DNA of 64,000 nt. Source: the human T2T-CHM13v2.0 reference genome, Homo sapiens. The notes below the pieces were generated by a model. It had not been told where the DNA came from. It searched no databases and worked only from the letters and a program-made list of their open reading frames with translations. Of this stretch, positions 51,939 to 64,000 are shown one piece after another. The first letter of the stretch is position 1. Each line of letters begins with the position of its first letter. A program made the position numbers and the translations under genes. The DNA is taken from assembly GCF_009914755.1 (NCBI RefSeq), contig NC_060928.1, one strand, 5' to 3'.

Positions 51939-52864
51939 GTGAAGATCAGCAGGTGACTTATGTTTTCTTCATCTGTGTAGGGCTGATTTCTTACATGATT
52001 TTTCTTTTTAAATTCTGAAATTAAGTATTTTTGTTAAGTATGATCTTATTGTGTTAAAAGGGAAATTTTAATTCAATGTTTATTTTGTAGAAATACCTAA
52101 TTTTCATTAAATATTAATTACTGGATGAAAATGATCACCTCTTCTTCCAGCTTCTAAAGCATAAGGTTTGTTAGTGCTACACAGCTGTAGAAATTTAAAT
52201 AACTGGCATGTGGAGACAGGGTGAAGTTTAGCCTTTTCAAGCAGGTTTTTTTTTTCTCTTAGCACTGACATATTGTCTCATCAACACATCTAGGAGCTTC
52301 TATTTTTGAAATGCTTCACTTATCACCTGTGGAGTGTTGAAATGGAACCTATTTTTTCCCCAAAGAGAACATTCTTTAGCAAAGACAGATTGTCTCATCT
52401 GCATTAAGGAACTGTCCCTCATGAAATACTCTATTGAGACAAGCTCATGCTTTCTGCCTACAAAACTTGATTTTTAAAAAATCGAACTTTTTCTTAATCC
52501 TTGAATGATAATTTACATTAGAAGCAAATAATTTAACTCTTTGGATATACATTTCTTACAAATTATAATTTTTTACTTAAGACAATGTCATATTTCACAA
52601 AAAGATGACTTAAGAGAGATGGGAAATGTACAAACAAACTGACGATTGAGACTGCAGGTAAAACTTTCCTTGGGTAGTTAGTGTCCCCACCAACCCCAGG
52701 CCAAAAATAAATTTCATTAGAGATTTTGTACCACATAAAGGAATTATGTTAAATTTGAGGGAGGTACAAATGGCAAGACTCTGGACGAACTCTAGCAACA
52801 GATGAAATCTAGCAAGGGGAGTTGCCGTCTCTTGGCATGGAAATGGCCTGAAGTAAAGCACAGC

Positions 52865-53110
52865 TGCTAGTCAGGAGCAAGCTCAGGCTCTGACAGCAGA
52901 GTCCAGGCTCAAATCTCAGATGAACTTTCTCCTGCCTGGTCACATTGTACTAGTCACTCTACCACTAAAATTCTCAGTGTATGTGTTTGTGTTTATATAC
53001 AAAATGAGAAGAATAATGGCAAATAACCTGGTGATTTGGGGAGCATTGAATGTGCTTCGGGATATAATATGCTTAGCATATACTGCTTAGAAAGAAGTAA
53101 AATGTTCATA
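52865..53110 (+). mobile_element. MIR-family SINE
   Basis: caggctctgacagcagagtccaggctcaaatctcag; tacaaaatgagaagaataatggca; tgcttagcata. Confidence 0.6.
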
Positions 53111-53126
53111 TGTCTTTGTAAAACAT

Positions 53127-53432
53127 AAACTTTTTATTGAAGTATAATATTCATTCAGAAAGGTGCTGAAGTTATACTTTAAAAGCTCAATATATTTTGA
53201 CCAAATCAATTCTGTGTAATCAGTCATGTAACCAACATTCAGATGAAAACATCAAACATTCCCAGAAATCCCTAAACCTCCTTTCTACCCTTTTTGAGTC
53301 ATTAACTGTGCAAGGATAAATGCTATCCTTATGTGTAACTCTATGAACTTATTTTGACTGTGTTTGTTTATATAGATGAAGTCATGCAATATGTACTCTT
53401 CCATGTCTTACTTTTTTTATTCAATATTTCTG
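53127..53432 (-). mobile_element. L1ME-like 3' end
   Basis: aactttttattgaagtataatattcattcagaaaggtgc; gaagtcatgcaatatgtactctt. Confidence 0.7.
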
Positions 53433-54309
53433 ATAGGTACTCTAGAAATAATTTTTAGTTAATTAGATGGGAGACGGGGCTAACAAATAAATAAATGTGG
53501 TTGTTTCTTTGTCAATAGGGATGGACATCAAATTCTTCCATTTTCTCCTTACCACCTACAGATAAAACAGCAATATCTACCAAAATTTATAAATGTAAGC
53601 ACATAATTTTACACAGCAACTAAATTATTTCTAAAAAGAAAAAAATATGTAACGATAAAATCCAGCCACCTAAGAGAATGAACAAAGCAACTTTAGTTAA
53701 AGCATCAAATGTGGGCCTTACATTTAAAATTATGCCTAAACAATTGACTAAAAACATAAATGTTACAAATCCTGTTAGTGTGAATATAGGAAGTTGAGAA
53801 ATAACAATTAGAAGGTAGAGAAGGAAAGGAATGCTAGTGGAATAATTTCATTTCTCTTATTCATTATAATACTAATCATGTGAATTTGTTAAAGCAAATT
53901 AAAAAAGGTTTTATTATTTTATATAAAATCAAAATAAGTAATTAGACAACTTAAAATAACAATATGAATATTAAATATTAGGAAGTAAGCAGGGAAAGTA
54001 CTTAACTTCTCTCAACATATTTATATTTCCTATTTACAATTATTTAAGTTTTTATTTCTCCATTTCTGATTTCTGTTTCATATAAGTTTTTCATAACTTC
54101 TTTAGTTTATTTGCTGTATTTCATACTAAATATTTCAGCATTTTTATAGTGACTTCTTTTATAATTATTATAATAAAACAGATCAATTTTTATAATTTGT
54201 GGGTACCCTACTGTTTCTTACAGCTCACTATTCTCAACTTTTATTTTTACTCAAATGTACAATGAGTATTTTGTTTTGAGAGTTTTAGAATAATAAGCAA
54301 CATTAGATG

Positions 54310-54470
54310 TACTAGAGAGTCATATTTTAAAAGATGATTCTGAGTTGAGACACTATGTTCACCTTCTGGCTTGATTACTTATTAGCTCCATGACTGAGAG
54401 CAAATTACTTAAAGTTTCTCTGTACTTCGATATTTCTTCTTTTCATTTGCCAAATGGGGACAATTATATC
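54310..54470 (+). mobile_element. MIR core
   Basis: acttattagctccatgactgagagcaaattacttaaagtttctctgtacttc...tcatttgccaaatggggacaat. Confidence 0.7.
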
Positions 54471-55289
54471 AGAGTATCTCAAGCTATACTTTATATTTCT
54501 TAAATGTTGTCTGTATGTCCTTTGAGATGTATAAATGTTTCCAGATTTGAGTTTAGGTCTATTTTAGTTGTCTGTGTGTGTTTTATTCACTCTACTCCTT
54601 TTGTAATGGGATGGTAGAGCTTGTAATTTTCAAAATATATGGCTATCAATGGTGATTTAAGTATAGATATAAGCAATGATGTAGATGTACATAAATGTAT
54701 AGATATATATTCCAATGTAGTCAATATGTTTTTTACAGATATTTATTCTTGTTTTACATTTACTTTTTTTTATTTCATGTTGCCATTTTCTGTCTTAGTC
54801 ATCCCTGATTTATATTTTTGGGCACCCCAATTAAATGTATTTTAAAATTGTCTTTAGCTTAGTAATCTGAATAGAAATTATGTGGTGATCATTTATTTAT
54901 TTACAATATTGACTTTCTTATTAACATTAGATTTTTTCATTAGATAAGACAATTTATAAGTTTATTTTTAATGAAAGAAGTTGCCATTGCTGTTATTTCT
55001 CTCTGAAAGCGTTGTGTAGTTGCTCCCTCTAAATACCCAATGCAGACTAGGTGTTGTAATGCCAGTTAGTGTTTTTATCCCTGTATGATATTGGAGTATT
55101 ATGCATCCAGTTAATGAGCTAGTACTCAGTACTGGTTTATGTGTGGCCAGATTCATTTTTCTTTCTTATTTCTATCTCGTTTTTCATTTCAGATCATCAT
55201 TTCAATCTGGCAGTGCCCCCAGCCTCCTCCAGCTCCTCCTTCCCCCATCTTTTTTTCATCAGCATATTTCTTCAATAATTCTCTTAGTC

Positions 55290-55610
<321 letters not shown>

Positions 55611-55950
55611 TAATCTCGCTTTGAATTCTGCTTCACATAAGACCAGGACTAACCCACTGGACAGCCCTTCTAAGGCAAGGCCAAGTGACTGTACTTTGCA
55701 CTTTCTAAAGAATAATAGTGATTGTCAGGCCTCTTTGGTTTTGGATGCAAGATGTATTATTGCACTTGAGACTAATAGCTTGATGCACTTCACAGATTAT
55801 GTAGAAGGATGCCATTTTTGAATGGAAAGAAGAGGAATAGATGGCTTTCTGGAAAGTCCTGACTGTCATATAGATGCTTACAAATATAGCTTAACTACTA
55901 CACAGATCTTGTGGTGCTAGATGAATCTGTGGTAGATAAGGTAGTCTTCG

Positions 55951-56137
55951 TTTTTTGTTTTTGTTTTTTTGGCTTTAGAGATATGGTCTCACTATGTCGC
56001 CAAAGCTGGAGTGCCGTGGCTATTCACAGGTGCAATCATCACAGCACAGTACAGCCTCAAACTCCTAGTCTCAAAGAATCCTCCCACCTCAGCCTCCCAA
56101 ACAGCTGGGACTATCAGCACATGCTGCTGCACCTACT
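55951..56137 (-). mobile_element. FAM (fossil Alu monomer)
   Basis: Retains the 7SL-derived gtggctattcacaggtgcaatc segment absent from dimeric Alu; monomer length with T tail. Confidence 0.85.
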
Positions 56138-56139
56138 CA

Positions 56140-57735
56140 AAGCTGTCTTTCCCTCAACTGACACCTATAACCTCATAGAAGATACTTTATGGGTCAACTG
56201 TTAGAGGAGAAAAAAATAAACCAAGTCTGATTCATGCATCATGTATTCATGTGTTCATGTATGGATCAATTCAATGTGTTTGCACAAGCTGAAAACCAAC
56301 TTCTAGTACACTAAACATTCACACATTTGTGCCCTGAGAGGAATGCTGTCAGGGTAAATCCCCCCAGTGTGCAGCAATGGTCATCCACTTCATGTGGGTC
56401 AAGTTCTGCCTGCCTAAGGTTTGGTTACATATGGACTCCTACACTATGACAAATGTGGCTGGTTGTTCAGGGGTCTGGAAGGAGTGAGATTTATAAATTT
56501 TTGACAACCAGATATGGAGGATAAGAAGAGGCATGAACATGGATCTATGAGAGAGTATTAAGTGACTGCTGTTCCTGAGTGTTAGATGTATCAGGAGGAG
56601 AGATAGTATAGAGCCGTGCTATAATACTATCCCTCAAAATAATCAACTGGGACATATGTGACAATTGGATTATGTCAAACACCATCCACCTAAAACATAT
56701 TGTAAATAGTCTTTACTGGGACTCAAGCATATTTGCAATGTAGATTTGTTTTTCTGGCTCACAGTGTCTTTACTAGCACTGGTATCTAAATGCCCACAGT
56801 CTCTGATTTACTGACATTAAATTGCACATGACATTGTCTCTGACCAAGTGATTCACTGTGTGGCCAAAAAGATGTGAAAATTGGTACGTGACAATGGGAA
56901 GTACTGGTTATACCACTTACTGAACTATCTAAAATTTGCTAATCTTGCAGTCCAGGAAACTAGTCCCGTAATACCTCATATAAAGTGTCAATTTGGTGAG
57001 AAATCCTGTGAAGTTGGTGTACTGTCCATTAGGATGCAGTGTGTATTATAGACGAATGATATTTTGTGCTCAAAGGGAAAAACGCATGTATCCAGAAATT
57101 ACTGGTGAGTGAACACAGCAGTGGGCCACTCACCGTCACTCCCAGTGTTTGTGCTTTCTACTTTTGAAACTCAAAGTTCTATCAGTCCAGAGATCTTCAT
57201 TCCAGTGAGGGAAGTTTCCACTCAAGTTATAGTAGGCATTTCACTAAACTTAAGCTCCTCTGCTGCTAGGTTATTTTGTTTTTCTCATGTCAGGAAGGAA
57301 GTAGGGAAAGAGGAACTATCTTGCTCATAGGGTAATTAACCTTGTTCATCATGAAGATGAATGGGGGCAACTGGTTTGTGCATTAGGGCCAATCATAGTA
57401 TGCCATGGCCCATTTCAGCTCTAAATAGGAAATTACAACAACCATGCCCTAAATAAAATTATGAAAACCAGTATATTATGCAACAAAGTAAGCCACTTAG
57501 ACAAGAAGTGCTGGTTGAGGCAAGGGAAATCTAAAATGGGTGAAAGAGGGAGGAAAAAAATAAATATAGCCTTGGCACCAACCATAACAGCAGGGCTTTT
57601 GTGTATCTCATTAACCTCTGCTTTTATATTTTTCCACTGAATTATGATGAATCACCACCTCGGAAAAAAAACAGAGTTTGGTTGGAATACACTTAATGTA
57701 AAACATAATGGGACGTCACCAGTGCAAGGGATTCC
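56140..57735 (+). mobile_element. Ancient ERVL internal remnant (ERV3-16A3-like pol 3' region); may extend left to about 55620
   Basis: atggactcctacactatgacaaatgtggctggttgttcaggggtctggaagga parallels the ERVL RNaseH region at 36040-36100; cattgtctctgaccaagtgattcac parallels integrase; PPT-like agtgcaaggg before the LTR. Confidence 0.7.
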
Positions 57736-58178
57736 TGAAGCAGATATATGAAATTCTTAACCCAGGTCACTTCATCTCTGCTCTACTATTGCTCTGCTTC
57801 TAATTGTGAGCACCTGTGACTCTCCTGCGGCCTGTCTTCAAGCTGCTTTTTCCTCATGCATAAACTGTTGCAGCTTCCTAAGAATTTACATCTTCCAGGT
57901 GTGGTCTTCAATAGACGACTGACTACTGTAGCAGTATAAAAGCTTATTTCCTTAGCTTGAGTATGAAAAAAAAAACACACACATATGGGTCTTAATTTAC
58001 CTTCCAGACTTCCCCTGCAAAGTCAGGCTGAAGCTACACTTCATGGAACTTTGATTAAAATCACCCCCATGCTGGGCTTTGTCCCCTTGCCTGTCCTGCT
58101 TTCTTCACTACCTTACTGGTTTCCTACTTGCACATAAATTCTTCTCAAGATGTGTTTCCAGCAACTGCACCCTAAGAT
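57736..58178 (+). mobile_element. LTR16-family LTR
   Basis: gcacctgtgactctcc; TATA-like gtataaaagc; caggctgaagctacac; ends cacttgcacataaattc...ccctaaga. Confidence 0.8.
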
Positions 58179-59091
58179 TACTTCTTACAATGTGCACAAT
58201 TATGGAGATACAATTTCGAACAAGACAAACATGATCCTTCTCTTACTAGAGCTCATTTCATAATAGGTCTTAACAGTTAATTATGGATTTTAGTAATTTT
58301 AATGTAGGTCAGAAACAGCCAACTGCAGTGACTAATTACTGGGGCATTTTTAGATCAAATGATCAAAATCTGACAGTCTCATCTCTGTCTGTTCCTCTGC
58401 CACCAAGGTGCAGACTGTTGCTGTATTCACTTCTAGCACAAAGCAGTGAGTGTGAACTTGGAGCACCAAGATGTGTAGAGTCCTTTTTAAATAACTATTC
58501 TTTCATTCTTAGTGGAATGCACGTACTAATTCTCTGAAGATAAATTATAGTTACGCCCTACCCAGAAACACTTCACGGTCTCTCACCTAAGACCACTGGA
58601 GGCAGACTCTTATAATTTAGAAATTATATCCACATACAAGGAATATAACATATCAAATTAACTTGTCATATCAAATTAACATAAATTTGATATGACAACA
58701 AGTAATCACCAATCTAGTAAAAAACTGTAGACAATGACAGAAAAGTGACATTGCTTATCAACATGACGAAATGAAAAGAGCAAGGAAACTCCATTACAAC
58801 AAAATACCCTAACAGGGTGGGAAAACATACAGCAGGAAAAAAACAATTTGGAAAAGAAAACATAGCTATATCAATATAAAGTACTTATACCATTTTATTA
58901 GAACCAATAGAAGAATTACTGTGTAGTGCCACAAGAATGATTAAGCAAGCAATCAAGAAGATATTATATGAATAAACTTGTAAGTCTGAAAAAACATAGT
59001 CACAAAATGTATAAAGTGGAAAGATAACTATATAGTTAATCATGGTATAATTTCTTACCCAAAAAAGAAAATAAAACAAACTATATTTTAC

Positions 59092-59135
59092 AACACACAC
59101 ACACATACACACACAAATACACGCAGACACACACA
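59092..59135. repeat. Interrupted (CA)n
   Basis: Directly visible. Confidence 0.85.
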
Positions 59136-59377
59136 AATCTAATTATTTCATTACAAAATGTGAAAACGAAACTTTAAATTATTTGAATAAAAATATTTAA
59201 AAACTATATTCTTAATTTGAGGATATAAAATAAATTTTTAAGCAACACACAAACAGCAAACCTACATAGACAATACATTTAAGTTTAATATTATTTAAAA
59301 TTACACATAGTGATCTGTACATCATAAACAAATAGAACAGATGAAAATGTAGTTACAGATGGGGAGCTATAAGGGAT

Positions 59378-59658
59378 TTGCTGACCCTGGGTATCCATGA
59401 GGGATTGGTTGTAGGACTCCCATAGATACCAAAATTCATGGATGCTCAAGTCCCTGATATAAAATGGCATCGTATTTGCATGAAACCTACACACATTCTC
59501 CCGTATATTTTAAATCAACTCTAGATCACTTATGATACTTAATACAATGTAGATGTTATGAAAATAGTTGTATCTTTTGGAGAATAATAATGAGAAAAAA
59601 GAAGTCTGTGCATGTTCTGTACAGACACAACCATCCATTAAAAAAATATTTTCTGGTC
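59378..59658 (+). mobile_element. MER2B TcMar-Tigger DNA transposon, first part
   Basis: ccctgggtatccatgagggattggtt...ggatgctcaagtccctgatataaaatggc; aagtctgtgcatgttctgtacagacacaaccatc; strand given as the reading recognised. Confidence 0.88.
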
Positions 59659-61042
59659 GTTGGGAAAGCCTGAGTCCTGTCCTCTCGCTCTCCTCCCGGA
59701 ACAGCATGAGCTTCACCACTCGCTCCACCTTCTCCACCAACTACTGGTCCCTGGGCTCTGTCCAGGCACCCAGCTAGGCGCCGGTCAGCAGAGCGGCCAG
59801 CATCTATGCAGACCCTAGGGGCTCTGGTTCCCAGATCTCCGTGTCCCGCTCCACCAGCTTCCAGGGCGGCGGTCCTGACGGCGGGGATGGCCGGGGGTCT
59901 GGCAGGAGTGGGAGGCGTCCAGAACGAGAAGGAGACCATGCAAAGCCTGAACGATTGCCTGGCCTCCTACCTGGACAGAGAGAGGAGCCTGGAGACCGTG
60001 AACTGGAAGCTGGAGAGCAAAATCCAGGAGCACCTGGAGAACAAGGGACCGCAGGTCAGAGACTGGAGCCATTACCTCAAGACCATCGAAGACCTGAGGG
60101 CTCAGATCTTCGCAAATACCGTGGACAATCCCCGCATCGTTTTGCAGATTGACAATGCCCATCTTGCTGGTGATGACTTTAGGGTCAAGTATGAGACAGA
60201 GCTGGCCATGCACCAGTCTGTAGAGAGCAACATACATGGGCTCCGCAAGGTCACTGATGACACAAATGTCACTCAGCTGCAGCTGCAGACAGAGATCGAG
60301 CCTCTCAAGGAGGAGCTGCTCTTCATGAAGAAGCACGAAGAGGAAGTAAAAGGTCTACAAGCCCAGATTGCCAGCTCTGGGTTGACCATGGAGGTAGATG
60401 CCCCCAAATCTCAGGACCTCGCCAAGATCATGGCAGACATCCGGGACCAATATGATGAGCTGGCTCGGAAGAACCGAAAGGACCTGGACAAGTACTGGTC
60501 TCAGTAGATTGAGGAGAGCACCACAGTGGTCACCACGCAGTCTGTCGAGGTTGCAGCTGCTGAGATGATGCTCATGGAGCTGAGACGTACAGTCCAGTCC
60601 TTGGAGACTGACCTGGACTCCATGAGAAATCTGAAGGCCAGCTTGGAGAACAGCCTGAGGGACCTGGAGGCCCGCTACACCCTGCAGATGGAGCAGCTCA
60701 ACGGGATCCTGCTGCACCTGGAGTCAGAGCTGGCACAGACCCAGGCAGAGAGACAGCGTCAGGCCCAGGAGTAAGAGGCCCTGCTGAACATCAAGCTCAA
60801 GCTGGAGGCTGAGATCACCAGCTACCGCTGCCCACTGGAAGATGGCGAGGACTTCAATCTTGGTGATGCCCTGGACAGCAGCAACTCCATGCAAACAATC
60901 CAAAAGACCACCACCTGCCAGATAGTGAATGGTAAAGTGGTGTCTGAGACCAACGACATCAAAGTTCTGAGACATTAAGTCAGCAGGAGCAGGGTACCCT
61001 TTGTGGAGCAGGATGCCAGTAAAAAGTTCAGAGGAAAAAAAA
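59659..61042 (+). pseudogene. KRT18P: Processed (retro) pseudogene of keratin 18; paralog number cannot be determined
   Basis: Intronless copy with 5'UTR, ATG 59706 (MSFTTRSTFSTNY), rod domain, tail ...KVLRH with TAA 60976-60978, 3'UTR with AGTAAA (61018) and short A tail; premature stops at 59775, 60505 and 60772 plus head-domain frameshifts; TSD aaaaaaatattttctggtc / aaaaaaaatttctgtc. Confidence 0.97.
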
Positions 61043-61121
61043 TTTCTGTCTGCTGTAGGTTGAATCTGGGAATGTAGAAGATGAATGTAGAAGATAACTA
61101 TCACTGACGGAGACGGCTGAT
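61043..61121 (+). mobile_element. MER2B, remaining terminal part
   Basis: ggttgaatctgggaatgtagaa...gacggagacggctgat continues the MER2 end (ggttgaatccacggatgcggaa...acggagggccgactg). Confidence 0.75.
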
Positions 61122-61180
61122 TATATTTCCAAAGCCTGTGCAAATAACACAAAGAAACTCATTAGATCAATAAAAGGTTA

Positions 61181-61366
<186 letters not shown>

Positions 61367-61409
61367 CTAATATGCTGAGACACTTAGCAGAAGAGAAAAA
61401 GAGAAGGCC

Positions 61410-61584
61410 ATATATATACATGTATATATATATATACATATATATACATATATATACATGTATACATGTATATATATGTGTATATATATACATATATATA
61501 CATATATACATGTATACATGTATATATATGTATATATATGTGTATGTATATATATATGTGTATATATATATGTATATATATATA
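61410..61584. repeat. Compound (TA)n / (TACA) / (TGTA) repeat, quasi-palindromic
   Basis: Directly visible. Confidence 0.95.
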
Positions 61585-62034
61585 AAAGAAGTTTTTCTTC
61601 CTAGGAATTATGTGAACAAATATGCAAATGTACTCAACATATCATTATAACCATTAGATTGGCAAAAGTTAAAGTGTGAGCAAATTACACTTTGATAGTG
61701 ATATGCAGAAATGAGAATTCTCATATACCCACTGTAGACAACAACTGTGCACTATTAACAAATCTATAAGTTGTACCAACCTTATCACATATGTACAAGA
61801 GAAAAAGACCTGTGCATATTTTCTTTACCCATTGTTTATAACAGTTACGACCTGCAAAAGAATCATATTCATTGCCAGGAGAAGAGATAAATGATTAGTG
61901 TCTATGTCTACATTAAGAAATAACATGTATAGTCAGTCCCTAGGGAATTTCACAAAGATACATATATAAGAATATACATAGTATTATTTTATAATAGCAA
62001 AAATTTAGGCCCTATATATATGTTTTTAATAGAA

Positions 62035-63302
62035 TGTTTTAAGTTTATAATTGATGCATAAAAATTATCCATATTTGTGGGGTACAATGTGATGTTTTAA
62101 TGCATGTATACATAGTATAAAAATCAAATCAGGGTAATTGCAACATCTATTTTAAACATTTAACATTTTCTTGTTGTGACAACATTCAAATTCTTTTCTA
62201 GCCATCTTCTTGAAATGTATAATAATAAACCATTATTTGCTATAGTCACCCTACTTTATAATAGAACAAAAAAAGTTATTCTTCCTGTCAAACAGTAGCT
62301 TTGTAGCCAATGACCAACCTCTTCCAATCCCCCTATCCCCACTACACTCCCCAGCTTCTGGTAACCACTCCAATTTCACTACTTCTATGAAATTTACTTT
62401 CTGAGGTTCCACATATGAGTCAGATCATGCTGTATTTGTCTTTCTGTGCTTGGCTTATCCCACTTAGCATAACGTCCTCTAGGTTCATCCATGTTGCTGC
62501 AAATGACAGGATTTTATTCTGTCTTATGATTGAATAGTATTCCATTATGTATGTGTGTATTCCATTATGTGTATACATACACACACACGTATACACACAT
62601 ATATATACACATATATACATTTACATATATAACAAATACACATACACACATAAACATATGTCACATTTTTTGATCTATTCATTGTTAGATGGGTATTTAG
62701 GTTGACACTGTATGTTGGCTATTGTAAATAGCACTGCAATAAACATGAGTATTCAGACATCTCTTTGAAATTGCAATTTGCTTTGCTTTGGATGTATACC
62801 CAGTAATGAAATTGCTGAATAATGTGGGAAGTCTATTTTTAATTTTTTGAGGAACCTCCATACTATTTTCCATAGTGGCTGTACTAATTTTTATTCCCAC
62901 CAGCAGTATGTAAGAGTTTCCTTTTCTCTGCATCCTTGACAGCATTTATTATTTTTTAATTTTTGACAATATCCCTTCTAACCTGGAGCGGGTAATACCT
63001 CACTGTGGTTTTAATTTGCATTTCTATAATGATTAGGGATGTTGAACATTTTTTCATATGTTGAACATGTGTTTCAAATGTTGAATATTTCTGCTGGCCA
63101 TTTGTATGTCTCCTTTTGAGAAATGTCTACTTAGGTCTTTCAGTCATTTTTAATTTGAATTATTTATGTTTTTTATATTGATTTGTTTGAGTTTCTTATG
63201 TAGTATAAATATGAACACTTTTTCAGATGCGTAATTTGCATATACTTTCTCTTATTTTATAGGTTTTCTCTTCACTTTTTTATTATTTTCTTTGCTGTAC
63301 AG
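62035..63302 (-). mobile_element. L1MA (L1MA4/5-like) 3' segment
   Basis: atttgtggggtacaatgtgatgtttt 3'UTR; minus-strand peptide ILSFAATWMNLEDVMLSGISQAQKDKY. Confidence 0.9.
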
Positions 63303-64000
63303 AAAAAAAAGAAACATTCAGGCCAATATTCCTGATGAACAAATCCTTAACAAAACGCTAGCAAACAAAATTCAACAACACATTAAAAAGGTTATACACC
63401 ATGATCACATGAGATTTATTCCACAGATGCAAGAATTGTTCACCATATGCAAATCAATAAATGTGATATATTAACAAAATTACTCACAAAAAATTATATG
63501 ATCATTTCAGTAGATGCTGAAAAAACATTCAATACAATTTTAAATCCCTTCACGGTAAAAACCTTAAACGAACTGAATCTAAAAGAAACATACTTTCATA
63601 CAATAAAGGCCATATATGACAAACCTACAACTAACATCATACCAAATAGGTAAAAGTTGAAATCTTATCTTCTGAGATCTGAAAGAAGACAAGGATGCCA
63701 ACTTGTATTTAACATAGTACTGGAAGTTCTAGCCAGAGCAATAATAGGCGAGGAAAAAAAAAAAAAAAAAGGACACCCAAATTGGAAAAGAGGGAATCGA
63801 ATTGTTCTTGTTTGCCAACGACATGATTATGTATAGGAAAACATTAAAGACTCCACCAGAAATTTGGTAGAAGTAATTAATAAACTTAGTAAAGTTTCAG
63901 GATACAAAATCAAGATACAAAAATCAATAGCATTTCTATATGTTGATAGCAAACTATCTGTAAAATAAGTCAAGAAAGCAATTTTATTCACAATAGCTAT
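63303..64000 (+). mobile_element. L1M ORF2 RT-region segment in opposite orientation (probable inverted 5' part of the same L1MA); runs off the window
   Basis: Peptides [27 protein letters not shown]; ttgtttgccaacgacatgatt (FADD-motif remnant). Confidence 0.88.

Noticed and set aside
59568-59777. ORF fusing MER2B sequence to the K18 N-terminus
   Set aside because: Non-ATG start and termination at the premature TAG after 23 K18 codons; a chance open frame.
59815-61152. Long antisense ORFs (173, 120 and 142 aa) over the KRT18 copy
   Set aside because: Expected shadow frames of GC-rich keratin coding sequence.

Overview
Primate (very probably human) genomic DNA: AT-rich, gene-poor and dominated by interspersed repeats. 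I see no intact protein-coding gene, RNA gene or spliced exon. The only gene-derived sequence is an intronless, disabled keratin-18 (KRT18) processed pseudogene at 59659-61042, inserted into a MER2B DNA transposon with a target-site duplication (TSD). Other major elements are a full-length old L1PB-type LINE (5941-13419, minus, TSD retained), a nearly complete MLT2/ERVL provirus (31499-38503), a 3.7 kb 5'-truncated L1PA (39065-42785), a complete THE1D MaLR provirus (48327-50662), an LTR16/ERVL remnant, about a dozen Alus and an L1MA with an inversion junction at about 63300. Most ORFs in the track are repeat or microsatellite artefacts. I found no evidence of a new multi-gene system. The observations most worth following up are mutational scars: two locally templated insertions, a micro-inversion bounded by a perfect 20-bp inverted repeat, hairpin clusters and tandem duplications. 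The other is a 233-codon open frame in the KRT18 retrocopy carrying the Arg-to-Cys change in the LNDR helix-initiation motif. Repeat subfamily names come from recalled consensus sequences, not a database search, and boundaries of old elements are approximate.
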